Positions 51,180-61,000 of a DNA stretch of 64,000 nt are shown in pieces. Position numbers and translations under genes: made by a program. How positions within the stretch are numbered: the first letter of the stretch is position 1; the number at the start of each line of letters is the position of its first letter. The notes beneath the pieces were generated by a model. It was not told where the DNA came from and did no database searches. It saw nothing but the letters and a program-made list of their open reading frames with translations. Origin of the DNA: an uncultured Spirochaetia bacterium (lineage in GTDB: Bacteria > Desulfobacterota_D > UBA1144 > Nemesobacterales > UBA2774); NCBI GenBank assembly GCA_964586675.1, contig CAZPHQ010000012.1, positions 436-64,435 on the forward strand, read 5' to 3'.

Positions 51180-52160
51180 ATGACGTCCGGCGGTAAAACA
51201 CTCACGCTCGTAGTCCCCGCCAGGCTCTCCGGAAAAAGGGCGGACGCCGTACTCCCCGATTTACTTCCCGAGCTTACGCGCTCCCGGATAAAAAAGCTCA
51301 TCGAAGAGAAGAATATACTCGTCGACGGGAGCCCGATAAAACCTTCGAGAAAGCTCGGCATCGGGGAAACCGTTCACGTCACCATACCCGCGCCGGCCCC
51401 CCTCGAAGCCGCGCCGGAAGATATTCCGATAAGCATTATTTACGAGGACGAATACATCGCCGTAATAGACAAGCCGGCGGGCATTACTGTTCACCCCGGC
51501 GCGGGCGTTCCGGGCGGGACGCTCGTGAACGCGCTCCTTTATCATCTCGGCGGCCTCTCGGGCGTGGGGGGGAAGGTTCGGCCGGGAATAGTGCACAGGC
51601 TCGACAAAAACACCTCCGGGGTTATCGTCGTAGCGAAGGACGATGCCTCCCACAACTCCCTCGCCGCGCAGTTCAAGTCACGCACCGTGGAAAAGAGATA
51701 CCTCGCTATCGTCGAGGGCGTGATGAAGACGGATTCCGGCTCCATCTCCTCACGCATCGGGAGGCACCCGGTCGACAGAAAGAAAATGTCGTCCAAAGCG
51801 CCCTCGGGGAGGGAATCGCTGACGCTCTGGAAGATGAGAAAAAAACTGAGAGGCGCGACGCTCGTAGAGGCGCGTCCAAGAACGGGAAGGACGCACCAGA
51901 TAAGGGTCCATTTCGCCGAAGCCGGACACCCGCTCCTGGCCGACGATGTTTACGGCGGGAAGGGAAAAAAGCCTCCCGTCATATCCACTGCGGCGGAAAT
52001 TACAGGGAGGCACGCGCTTCACGCCTGGAAGCTCGCTTTTGCGCATCCCCGGACGGGTGAGCGCATGGAATTCATGTCCCCCATACCGGAAGACATGAAA
52101 AAAGCGCTTAACTTTCTCTCAGAAGCCGGGGAGAATAATTCACTGAATGAGCTGGATTAA
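51180..52160 (+). CDS. rluD: RluA-family pseudouridine synthase with S4 domain
   Basis: KPAGITVHPGAG, RPGIVHRLDKNTSG, TGRTHQIRVH; followed by pgeF as usual. Confidence 0.9.
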   Translation: MTSGGKTLTLVVPARLSGKRADAVLPDLLPELTRSRIKKLIEEKNILVDGSPIKPSRKLGIGETVHVTIPAPAPLEAAPEDIPISIIYEDEYIAVIDKPAGITVHPGAGVPGGTLVNALLYHLGGLSGVGGKVRPGIVHRLDKNTSGVIVVAKDDASHNSLAAQFKSRTVEKRYLAIVEGVMKTDSGSISSRIGRHPVDRKKMSSKAPSGRESLTLWKMRKKLRGATLVEARPRTGRTHQIRVHFAEAGHPLLADDVYGGKGKKPPVISTAAEITGRHALHAWKLAFAHPRTGERMEFMSPIPEDMKKALNFLSEAGENNSLNELD

Positions 52161-52827
52161 ATCACGCATATTGTCCTCGATACCGGGCGTCGTTCACGGC
52201 TTCGGGCAGAGAGATTCCGGCGGCCGGGATGGAATTGCGGGTGTTTTCGGTCTAAGGAAAGTCGCCCGTCTGAAACAGGTCCACGGTAACGGGATAGTCT
52301 TCACGGACGACGAGGGGATATTCGAATCTCCTCCCCCCGAGGGCGACGGGCTCATAAATTCACTAAGAGGGTTCGGCGTCGCCGCCGCGGCGGCGGACTG
52401 CGTACCCGTTCTCTTCGCGGACGAAGACGGCACCGTGACGGCGGCTGTCCACGCGGGCTGGCGCGGTACGCTGGCCGAAATATCCGCCGAGGCCCTTCGT
52501 CTCATAAACGAGCGCTACGGCGTTCCGCCATCCAGAATGCGCGTCGTTATAGGGCCGTCCATAAAATCCTGCTGCTACGAGGTGGGTGAGGACGTGGCCT
52601 CCCTTTTCCTCGGCAAATACGGCGACGACGGCGATTATATATACGAGAAGGGAGGGGGAAAATACATGCTCGACCTCCCGCGTATGAACGCGATAATACT
52701 CGAAAGGGAAGGGGCGGGAGCGATAGAAACCCTGGCCTACTGCACGAAATGCGACGGAAGCTTTTACTCCTACAGGAGAGAGGGCAAGGGCGTCCCGAGC
52801 CAGCTCAGCTTCATCGGCCTCCTTTAA
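52147..52827 (+). CDS. pgeF: Peptidoglycan editing factor / purine nucleoside phosphorylase YfiH
   Basis: QVHG, ADCVPV, HAGWRG, GPSI..CCYEVG, YSYRR. Confidence 0.92.
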   Translation: MSWIKSRILSSIPGVVHGFGQRDSGGRDGIAGVFGLRKVARLKQVHGNGIVFTDDEGIFESPPPEGDGLINSLRGFGVAAAAADCVPVLFADEDGTVTAAVHAGWRGTLAEISAEALRLINERYGVPPSRMRVVIGPSIKSCCYEVGEDVASLFLGKYGDDGDYIYEKGGGKYMLDLPRMNAIILEREGAGAIETLAYCTKCDGSFYSYRREGKGVPSQLSFIGLL

Positions 52828-52910
52828 TCCGGCTTGAAATAGGTGTTATTTTCATGCTTGGGTATAATATCGGGGTTTTATCCGAAAAATAAAACTGACT
52901 GGAGGCGAGC

Positions 52911-53354
52911 ATGCTTCAGATACTGTGCTGGATCGATACGGAGGATTACCTCTATCTCCAATCGATGAACGAGCAGAACCAGACGCTTAACTACTACGGC
53001 TACACGTTCGAGGTGGAAGGCGGTGCGGAGGGCATAGGCACGAGCGTAATAAGGCTTTTGGTCGTCGAGTTCGTAAGCGCCAAGATGGCTGTGGGGTTCG
53101 TGCTTCCGAATAACTTCGTCATCGAGGGGAAGGAGCTTACGTTAAGGATCGTCTCGCCCGAAAACCCTTCGAAGGACATCCCGGTCGTCTGCAAGATCTC
53201 GGACGAGATTAAAAAGGCGAACTACATGGGCGACGACCAGGAAAAGATAGAGTATATAGGCTTCACACTGGAAAAATTCTACGAGAACAACAGCGCGAAA
53301 TTCTACCTTCACGACCTCCGGCCCCCAACAGAGCAGAAGGGGCATCAGGAATAG
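52911..53354 (+). CDS. Hypothetical protein
   Basis: 147 aa, GGAGG RBS, upstream TATAAT; no motif recognised. Confidence 0.75.
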   Translation: MLQILCWIDTEDYLYLQSMNEQNQTLNYYGYTFEVEGGAEGIGTSVIRLLVVEFVSAKMAVGFVLPNNFVIEGKELTLRIVSPENPSKDIPVVCKISDEIKKANYMGDDQEKIEYIGFTLEKFYENNSAKFYLHDLRPPTEQKGHQE

Positions 53355-53493
53355 ACCGGATTCCCGGCGCGGACGCTTTATGAAATAAAGAACAGCATCA
53401 CGATTGGCGAACGCCGGCAGGGCTCCGGGAGGGTTGCGAATAAAATCACGGCTCCACGGCCGGCTTAAAGATAATTCGGAGGAACATCATATA

Positions 53494-54702
53494 ATGGCAA
53501 AGAAAAATAAAATTGTGCTTGCATACTCGGGCGGCCTCGACACTTCCGTCATTCTCAAGTGGCTTGCCGAAAAGTACGATGCGGAAATAATCGCCTTCGT
53601 CGCCGACCTTGGCCAGGGAGAAGACCTCGAAGCGGCGCGCGAGAAGGCCCTTAAAACGGGCGCGAGCAAGGTATATATCGAAGACCTTCGCGACGAATTC
53701 GTCCGCGACTTCGTCTATCCCGCCATACAGGCCAACGCCGTTTACGAGGGGGTTTATCTCTTGGGAACGTCGCTTGCCCGCCCGCTCATCGCGAAGCGGC
53801 AGATCGAGATCGCGAAGAAGGAAAAGGCCTTCGCCGTTTCCCACGGCGCTACGGGCAAGGGGAACGACCAGGTGAGGTTCGAACTCACTTATTACGCGCT
53901 CGACCCGTCGATAAAAGTCATCGCGCCGTGGAGGGAGTGGGATTTGAATTCCCGTACTGCCCTCCTCGAATATGCGAAGAAGCACGGGATACCCGTTCCT
54001 GTCACCGCCGCCAAGCCCTACAGCTGCGACAGGAACCTCCTTCACATAAGCTATGAGGGCGGCATTCTGGAAGATCCGTGGTCGGAGCCGCCGGACGACA
54101 TGTTCGAGCTCACCGTGTCCCCTGAAAAAGCCCCCGACGAGCCCACATATATCGACATAGATTTCGAAGACGGCGTCCCGGTGAAGATCGACGGCAAATC
54201 CATGAAGCCCGCGAAGCTCCTCGGCACGCTGAACAAAATAGGCGGGGCGAACGGCGTCGGCCGCGTCGACCTCGTCGAGAACAGATTTGTCGGTATGAAG
54301 TCGAGGGGCGTATACGAGACCCCGGGCGGTACGATACTTCATGTTGCACACAGGGCGCTCGAATCCCTCACGATGGACAGGGAGGTCATGCATCTCAGGG
54401 ACTCGCTCATACCGAAAATCTCGGAGCTCATCTATTACGGCTTCTGGTACTCCCCCGAGATGGCCATGATAAAGGCGGCGCTCGACGAATCGCAGAAGAA
54501 TGTTACGGGCACGATAAGGCTCAAGATCTACAAGGGTAACATCATACTCGCGGGCAGGCGCTCGCCGTACTCGCTTTACAACCCTGCGCTCGCGACATTC
54601 GAGGAAGACAGCATATACAACCAGGCCGATGCGACGGGCTTCATAAAGCTGAACGCGCTCCGGCTCTCGATGCGGAAGCTCCTCGAAGAGAAGAAGAAAT
54701 AA
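53494..54702 (+). CDS. argG: Argininosuccinate synthase
   Basis: [38 protein letters not shown]; start placed at MAKKN. Confidence 0.98.
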   Translation: MAKKNKIVLAYSGGLDTSVILKWLAEKYDAEIIAFVADLGQGEDLEAAREKALKTGASKVYIEDLRDEFVRDFVYPAIQANAVYEGVYLLGTSLARPLIAKRQIEIAKKEKAFAVSHGATGKGNDQVRFELTYYALDPSIKVIAPWREWDLNSRTALLEYAKKHGIPVPVTAAKPYSCDRNLLHISYEGGILEDPWSEPPDDMFELTVSPEKAPDEPTYIDIDFEDGVPVKIDGKSMKPAKLLGTLNKIGGANGVGRVDLVENRFVGMKSRGVYETPGGTILHVAHRALESLTMDREVMHLRDSLIPKISELIYYGFWYSPEMAMIKAALDESQKNVTGTIRLKIYKGNIILAGRRSPYSLYNPALATFEEDSIYNQADATGFIKLNALRLSMRKLLEEKKK

Positions 54703-54715
54703 AAACGGCTTCGAC

Positions 54716-55723
54716 ATGAAGACCTCGGATTTCGATTACGACCTCCCGGAGGAGAGGATTGCCGTCCGCCCCCTTCCCGGGAGGCAGGATTCGAGGCTTC
54801 TACTCCTGGACAGGGAAGACGGCTCCATAACTCACCGGAAGTTCCTGGACCTGCCAGGTCTTATCCGCCCGGGCGACCTGCTCGTCCTCAACAATACACG
54901 TGTCCTCCCGGCGAGACTCTACGGCAAAAAGCCGTCCGGGGCCGAGATCGAGGTCCTTCTCGAAGAGAAGGCCGGGGACAGGACGTGGAAATGTATAGCG
55001 AGGGGCCCGAAACAGAATCTCTTGGTCGATTTCGGAGAGGGGCTTAGAGGGACGCTTACACAGCTCGGCGATGATGCGTGGCACATCGAGTTTAACGACG
55101 ACGTTCTGGCTTTCCTGGACTCCCTCGGTCACATGCCGCTGCCGCCCTATATAAAACGAAGGGCAGACGAGGAAGACAGAGCGACTTACCAGACTGTCTA
55201 CGCCGAGAGGGAAGGGGCAATAGCCGCGCCGACGGCGGGGCTTCATTTCACGGAGCAGCTTTTATCGGAGATAGAAGGGAAGGGCGTCGGGGTCGCGCGC
55301 ATAACGCTACACGTCGGCGCGGGTACGTTCCTCCCCGTAAAATCGGAGAACATCGAGGAGCACCGTATTCATTCCGAGTGGAGAGATGTCTCACCCGAAA
55401 CGGCGAAGATGGTGAACGATACGCGGTCCCGAGGCGGTCGCGTAGTCGCGGTCGGCACGACTGTGCTAAGGTCGCTCGAATCGGCCGCCGGGGAAGACGG
55501 CACAGTCTCGGCTGCCAAAGGCCGAACAGACCTCTTCGTCTATCCGGGCTACAGCTTTCGCGTGACGGACGCGCTCGTCACCAACTTCCACATGCCGCGC
55601 TCGACGCTCCTCATGCTGGTTTCGGCATTCGCCGGGCGGGAGCTTATACTTAAATCTTACGCCGCCGCGCTCGAGAGCGGGTACAGGTTCTTAAGCTACG
55701 GCGACGCGATGTTTATAATCTAA
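54716..55723 (+). CDS. queA: S-adenosylmethionine:tRNA ribosyltransferase-isomerase
   Basis: DFDYDLPEE, PLPPYI, AAPTAGLHF, LHVGAGTF, YRFLSYGDAM. Confidence 0.98.
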   Translation: MKTSDFDYDLPEERIAVRPLPGRQDSRLLLLDREDGSITHRKFLDLPGLIRPGDLLVLNNTRVLPARLYGKKPSGAEIEVLLEEKAGDRTWKCIARGPKQNLLVDFGEGLRGTLTQLGDDAWHIEFNDDVLAFLDSLGHMPLPPYIKRRADEEDRATYQTVYAEREGAIAAPTAGLHFTEQLLSEIEGKGVGVARITLHVGAGTFLPVKSENIEEHRIHSEWRDVSPETAKMVNDTRSRGGRVVAVGTTVLRSLESAAGEDGTVSAAKGRTDLFVYPGYSFRVTDALVTNFHMPRSTLLMLVSAFAGRELILKSYAAALESGYRFLSYGDAMFII

Positions 55724-55737
55724 ACCGGGAGAATAAA

Positions 55738-56994
55738 TTGCAGGTAGAAATCGAGAGCATAGCGTTCGGGGGGAGCGGGGTCGCAAGGGAAGGCGGGAAG
55801 GTGATTTTCGTCAAGGGAGGCGTCCCGCGCGACGTGCTAGCCGTCAGGATTATCAAGGACAAGGGCAGCTACGCCGAGGCCATAATCGAAAGCGTTATAA
55901 CGCCCTCGCCCGAAAGGGCGGAGCCCGCGTGCGAAGTCTTCGGCACATGCGGCGGATGCCAGCTTCAGAATCTCGGCTACAGCGCTCAGCTCAGGGAGAA
56001 AGAGAACATGCTCCGGGAGACGCTCCGGAGGACGGGCGGCTTCGACGATCTATCAGTCGAGCCGATATTCCCCTCGAAGAGCGAATACTCCTACAGGACG
56101 CGCGTCAGGCTCGCAGCCTGGTATTACGCCGGCAGGTGGCACATAGGATACAACATAGGCGGGACGCACAGAAAAGTGGGAATAACCTCCTGCCCGATAT
56201 CCGACGGGCCGATAAACGGGGCCATAGGCAGGATAGCCTCCGTTCTATACTCGTTCGACAGGCCGGAATTCCCTCTCGAATTCGTGCAGATATCGTCAGG
56301 CGGCAGCACTGCGTATATATCCCTCGTCGCCAGATCCGGGAAGCAGCCCGGGGCGCTTAATGTTCTCGCGAAACATCTCGGAAGGTTTCCCGAAACGGAG
56401 AATGTATCCATAAGGGGAAGGTCGGAAGCCGAGTTCGAGTTCGGGCTTTCGGGGATGAAATTCCTGGCGAATCCGTCGGTCTTCACGCAGTCGAACCCGG
56501 GCGTCAACGAGGCTATTGTCCGTACCGTTCTCGAATGGGCCGCCCCGCTTGAGGGGCTCAAAATTCTCGATCTTTATTCCGGGATAGGCAACTTCTCTGT
56601 GCCACTCGCGAGCGGGGCGGAGAAGGTCGTGTCCGTCGAGATAAACAGGTTCCCGGCGGCGCTCGCCCGGAAGAACGCGGAAATAAACGGCGTCAAAAAT
56701 GTCTCGTTCGTGACTGCTCCCTCCGCCGAAGCGGTAAGCGAGCTCGTCCAGAAAGGAGAAACGTTCGATCTCATAGTGCTCGACCCGCCGAGGGAAGGGG
56801 CGAAGGAGATTCTCGAATGTATAGCGTCGCTGTCCACGGGGAAAATTATATACGTCTCTTGCGATCCGGTGACGCTGTCGCGCGACCTCAAACGTCTAAA
56901 AGAACTTGGTTGGAGCCCCCGCCGCGTAAGGCCGTTCGACATGTTCCCCCAGACGTATCATGTGGAATCGGTTTCGCTGCTCTCAAGACTCTGA
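55738..56994 (+). CDS. rlmD: 23S rRNA (uracil-5)-methyltransferase, TrmA/RlmD family
   Basis: TRAM N-terminus, C..FGTCGGCQLQ, DLYSGIG, LDPPREG, YVSCDP, DMFPQTYHVE. Confidence 0.88.
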   Translation: MQVEIESIAFGGSGVAREGGKVIFVKGGVPRDVLAVRIIKDKGSYAEAIIESVITPSPERAEPACEVFGTCGGCQLQNLGYSAQLREKENMLRETLRRTGGFDDLSVEPIFPSKSEYSYRTRVRLAAWYYAGRWHIGYNIGGTHRKVGITSCPISDGPINGAIGRIASVLYSFDRPEFPLEFVQISSGGSTAYISLVARSGKQPGALNVLAKHLGRFPETENVSIRGRSEAEFEFGLSGMKFLANPSVFTQSNPGVNEAIVRTVLEWAAPLEGLKILDLYSGIGNFSVPLASGAEKVVSVEINRFPAALARKNAEINGVKNVSFVTAPSAEAVSELVQKGETFDLIVLDPPREGAKEILECIASLSTGKIIYVSCDPVTLSRDLKRLKELGWSPRRVRPFDMFPQTYHVESVSLLSRL

Positions 56995-57025
56995 GGCGAG
57001 GATTAATGCTGCAGCGCCATGGGCT

Positions 57026-57859
57026 TCAGGCTGTGCACCCGGGCATTCTTCCCGAGTTCCCGGTAATGTCCGCCCGTTCCAGACGGCGTTCGCCACTATA
57101 GGCGGAGCTGATTATGTTATGCAGCTCGGATGCGAGGTCCTTTCTGGAATTCGATGAAGACGCGTCCACGGGCTCCAGGATCTTGAGCTCGGCGTCTATG
57201 GATTTGACGGTCAGGAGCGTATCCGCGTGCTTGAAGAATTCCATGTCGCCGTAAAAGTAAACGAGGTCCCTGTTGTGAGGGCCGATATCCTCCCCGTCTA
57301 TCTTCGTGTACTTTATGCAGACGGGCAGAATCTCCACCCCGGCTTTTTGCGCGACGCTTAGAAGAGGGACTTTAAACGGCAGCACCCGCTCTCCGCTGGA
57401 CGTGGTCCCTTCGGGAAAGAGCACGACGTTCAGGCCCATTCTGAGTATATCTACTATGGATTCTATTTCCGAGCGCAGGTTGGTCCTGTTCCTCCTTTCC
57501 ACAAAGAACCCGCCGCTGAGCTCTGTGGCCCTGCCCAGGAGGAAAGTTTCCTTTACCTCGTCGACGCTCGCTATAAAGCAGGCCGGAAACTCCGAAAACA
57601 ACAGGAATATGTCGAGATAGGACACATGGTTTGACAGTACTAAATAGGTCTTTTCCCTGGAATAACTGCTTCCGCTTTTATCCATGCGGACCGTGATTCC
57701 GAAGTTCTTCTTCATGAGCTTCGAGAAAAAAGATGTCAGCCTCATACAAGTGTAGAGCATCTTTTTTCTGTCGCGGAGGATCTTTCTAGCTACCGTGGTG
57801 CTGATCAGAAATGACGAGACTATGCCAAAGAAAAAGAATTTCTTTAAGAGCTTTTTAAT
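57026..57859 (-). CDS. olsA: Lyso-ornithine lipid O-acyltransferase (OlsA-like, PlsC family)
   Basis: NHVSYLD, LFPEGTTS; coupled to an olsB-like gene. Start uncertain: ATT 57859 or ACG 57862 inferred, ORF track uses TTG 57907. Confidence 0.7.
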   Translation of the reverse strand: MKKLLKKFFFFGIVSSFLISTTVARKILRDRKKMLYTCMRLTSFFSKLMKKNFGITVRMDKSGSSYSREKTYLVLSNHVSYLDIFLLFSEFPACFIASVDEVKETFLLGRATELSGGFFVERRNRTNLRSEIESIVDILRMGLNVVLFPEGTTSSGERVLPFKVPLLSVAQKAGVEILPVCIKYTKIDGEDIGPHNRDLVYFYGDMEFFKHADTLLTVKSIDAELKILEPVDASSSNSRKDLASELHNIISSAYSGERRLERADITGNSGRMPGCTA

Positions 57860-58712
57860 CGTTTGCTCCCTTGTACCTCTTTTCAAATGATTTTGAAAGG
57901 AGCTCAAGGTCGAGCACGGTGAAGAAATCGGCGCACTTGAACTTCATGTCGATTGCGGGCTCGCCGCATATGACGGACCCCGCCTTTAGATAGCTCTTTA
58001 AAAGGGGAGGTATAAATTCCTCTATGGATTCGGTCTTTATGCCGAACTTGTCGAAGGCACTTATGTAATGGTCGAGCTCCTTTATCCTGTGTTTTTCCTT
58101 CGGGAAAACCCTGAAATCTTCAGGCGACAGGTAAAGCTCCTTTATGTACTTGTATATAAGGCTTATCTCGACAGGGTTCGTCGTCCCTATGCTGGAGCAG
58201 CCGAAGAGGTACTTTGCCTTTATGGCCCTGAAGTATTCTGTCAGCCCTTTCCATAGGAGCGCGATGCCGGTGCCGTTCCTGTAGTCCTTGTGAACGCAGG
58301 CCCTTCCGAGCTCGAGCTTTATGCCGCTCGCGTTTTTTACCTGCTCGATATCGAACTCGGACTCCGAATAAAACTTGTCGGAAAAGGTGGACGATATGAA
58401 CCTGTATGTTCCGATGACCATGTTCTGCTTCTTCTCGAGTATTATGAGATGGTCGCAGATGGAGTCGAACTTGTCTATGTCGGTCCTGGTGAAGTTGTCC
58501 TTGTTGAGAGTCTCCCTGTAGAAGACCTCGTATCTCAGGTCGAGAGCCTGCTCCAGCTCGAAAATGTTTTCGACAGTTTTTATTACGAAGCGGTTACTTT
58601 CTATATAAAGCGGGACCTTGGGCCGGAACTGCCGCAGCTTCCACTTGAACGCGCTCCTTAGGACGTTCGAGCCTGTGACAGTATTCTTCAATGATGTGAC
58701 TTTTTTCGTCAT
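57855..58712 (-). CDS. olsB: GNAT-family ornithine N-acyltransferase (OlsB-like)
   Basis: LRYEVFY.E, DKFDSICDHL, GTYR, FYSESEF, LELGRACVH.DYR, LFGCSS, PPLLKSYL..G..ICGEPA.D..F..ADFF. Confidence 0.8.
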   Translation of the reverse strand: MTKKVTSLKNTVTGSNVLRSAFKWKLRQFRPKVPLYIESNRFVIKTVENIFELEQALDLRYEVFYRETLNKDNFTRTDIDKFDSICDHLIILEKKQNMVIGTYRFISSTFSDKFYSESEFDIEQVKNASGIKLELGRACVHKDYRNGTGIALLWKGLTEYFRAIKAKYLFGCSSIGTTNPVEISLIYKYIKELYLSPEDFRVFPKEKHRIKELDHYISAFDKFGIKTESIEEFIPPLLKSYLKAGSVICGEPAIDMKFKCADFFTVLDLELLSKSFEKRYKGAND

Positions 58713-59191
58713 ACGATTGTTTTCTCCGGTAGCCTTTCTAACACAGTTTTATAACATCCAAATATTTAGTTTCAGCTAATCAGCGGTTAATTCACCGTTT
58801 ACAAGACGTATCCATTATATCTAAAAAAGGGATATAAAGTCCAGATGCGAACGGGGCGAATTGTTCGGGACGAACCTGCATTTCCTCTAAATATTCCCTT
58901 AATAAAATGGAATTACAATACTTTGCGGAAAGTGCCGCCGCATATGTGCCATACTACACTATCGCTTTTAATCGACCGAAAAGAGTGGAGAGCATCCTCG
59001 CGGAGCCCCCACCTTCGCTTCGGGGACGGGCCGCTTGGAATAAAAAGCGCGATGGAATATAATTTGGTTTCTCCCGCAGGCGCGGCTCGTTCATTTAAAA
59101 TCTGTTTTCGGGGCGGATTCGGAGCGGCTGCCGTAGCGCTCGCCGCATATCCGTTCCGGAGCCGCCGTGGCCACGGCCTTATAGATCTGAC

Positions 59192-60256
59192 ATGAAAGTA
59201 CTGTTCGGCATACAGGGTACAGGCAATGGCCATATCTCCCGCTCACGCGAGCTCCTCCGCTATCTCCGGGAGCGCGCGAGCGTGGACGTTCTCCTGAGCG
59301 GATACCATCACGAAGTCGATCTGGGATTTGAGGTCAAGTACAACCTCCCCGGGCTCGGGTTCACCTTCGGCAAGAGGGGGGGCATAGATTACGTCCAGTC
59401 TTTCAGGCATTTAAGCCCGCGAAAGCTTATCTCGGACATATACAGTCTTCCGGTCGAAAAATACGACCTCGTGCTCACCGACTTCGAGCCCATAACGGCC
59501 TGGGCGGCGCGCGTTAAGAGGCGCCCCTCTGTCGCCATATCGCACCAGGCGGCGCTCCTTTCCCCCAGGATCCCTCGTCCGCCCGGCGGCCGCAACCGGT
59601 TTCAGGAAATGGTGCTCGAATGGTACGCCCCCGCGCCAGTTCTTATAGGGCTCCACTTCGAGCGCTACGACGATTTCATATTCACGCCGATAATAAGGGA
59701 AGAGGTGAGGAAGCAGGAGCCGCGGAACGACGGTCACTATACCGTGTATCTCCCTTCCTACGACTACGCCCGCATATCCGGGATACTGAAAAAAATAGAC
59801 GTGGAATGGGAGGTCTTTTCAAAGCACCACAAGGGCGAGGCGTTCGAGGACGGTAACGTTACTGTCCGCAGGGTCGATAACGCCGGCTTTGTGCAAAGCC
59901 TAGTCACGTGCGAGGGCATATTGTGCAACGCCGGTTTCGAGGCGCCGGCCGAGGCCCTTTACCTCGGGAAGAAGATAATGGTCGTCCCGATGAAAGGGCA
60001 GTACGAGCAGCAGTGTAACGCAGAGGCGCTCGGAAGAATGGGTGTGCCCGTGATAAGAAGGGTCGACGCCGGATTCCCGGACATCTTATCCGGCTGGATA
60101 AATTCCGGATATTCCTACAGGCCAGATTACCGGAACAACCTTCCGGAAATAGTCGACAGGATACTCGAAGGCCGCCCGGACGCAGGGCGCGCGGACGAGC
60201 TTAACTCCGAAAGCGGACTCGGCGGCGACAGGGCCCCCTTAGGCCAGCCGGAGTAA
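59192..60256 (+). CDS. GT-B glycosyltransferase, MJ1255/Glyco_trans_1_3-like
   Basis: GIQGTGNGHISR, TDFEPITAWA, NAGFE.PAEALYLGK, PMKGQYEQQCNA. Confidence 0.85.
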   Translation: MKVLFGIQGTGNGHISRSRELLRYLRERASVDVLLSGYHHEVDLGFEVKYNLPGLGFTFGKRGGIDYVQSFRHLSPRKLISDIYSLPVEKYDLVLTDFEPITAWAARVKRRPSVAISHQAALLSPRIPRPPGGRNRFQEMVLEWYAPAPVLIGLHFERYDDFIFTPIIREEVRKQEPRNDGHYTVYLPSYDYARISGILKKIDVEWEVFSKHHKGEAFEDGNVTVRRVDNAGFVQSLVTCEGILCNAGFEAPAEALYLGKKIMVVPMKGQYEQQCNAEALGRMGVPVIRRVDAGFPDILSGWINSGYSYRPDYRNNLPEIVDRILEGRPDAGRADELNSESGLGGDRAPLGQPE

Positions 60257-60301
60257 AACCCCGGCGCGCATTTCCGGCCCCGCTATTCCCCGCGGCGGTT
60301 T

Positions 60302-60874
60302 TTACTGCTTTGATTCGCCGCCCCTGGTCAGGAGCGAAAGGTTTAAGAGCTTCTCGGCGATGTTTTTATATATCTCGCCTATCTTGAGGAGATTCAGGAC
60401 TTCGTCCATGTTGTGCCAGTCCTGGACGAGATATGTCAGAAGCACTCTCTTGTGCTGATCCTCTATCGACTCGATGAGAGCATAGTCCTCTTCGAGCTTT
60501 TCCGAGTTTGGTATCTCCTTTTTCCCGTGCTCGACGAGGGAGATAAGGTGCGGGAGGAGGATATCGAGCATCTGTTTCGTATCGAATTCCCGGCAAACAG
60601 GTTTTTTCGATTTCATATTCTCCATGAGCTGGACGGAATAGTCGAACTTCTGGATAATGGACAGCATGAGGCCGAATACTGCCACGTTATCCTGATTCTT
60701 GTGCTTTTTGTTTTTTTCCAGCTTGGACTCGAGCTTCAGCTTGAGGTGTATGAGATCGTTTCTGAGCGCGATGAGATCGCTTTCGCTGCGCGAGTTGATG
60801 TAATTCTTAGACTTCGAAACCAGTCTCTCGAATTTGCTCTCTATGAGCAGCTTCTCAATATCGTCGGTTTCCAT
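60302..60874 (-). CDS. All-helical protein, divergent PhoU-like
   Basis: GGGAG RBS; C-terminus IESIEDQHKRVLLTYL...LNLLKIGEIYKNIAEKLLNL resembles a PhoU helical repeat. Confidence 0.55.
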   Translation of the reverse strand: METDDIEKLLIESKFERLVSKSKNYINSRSESDLIALRNDLIHLKLKLESKLEKNKKHKNQDNVAVFGLMLSIIQKFDYSVQLMENMKSKKPVCREFDTKQMLDILLPHLISLVEHGKKEIPNSEKLEEDYALIESIEDQHKRVLLTYLVQDWHNMDEVLNLLKIGEIYKNIAEKLLNLSLLTRGGESKQ

Positions 60875-60926
60875 CGGATTCTCCCTGGAGTTCTTTTTGG
60901 CTGAGGAAGGTAGTCTATCTGTGAAT

Positions 60927-60955
60927 TGTTAAGACTATGTTAAGAATTTGTTAAG
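60927..60955 (-). promoter_or_regulatory. Pho-box-like direct repeats
   Basis: Three exact CTTAACA on the minus strand with an 11-bp period (60927-33, 60938-44, 60949-55). Confidence 0.75.
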
Positions 60956-61000
60956 AAAATCTGCCTTAGGTCCCGGCGGAAATCGGCCTGAGCCGCTTTT

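Noticed and set aside
53446-54717. 423-aa antisense ORF over argG, and similar long shadows at 5252-6205, 21255-22241, 26506-27453, 35291-36382, 42874-43728 and 61010-62041
   Set aside because: They mirror well-supported genes on the opposite strand; long antisense frames are expected from GC-biased codon usage and these have no motifs
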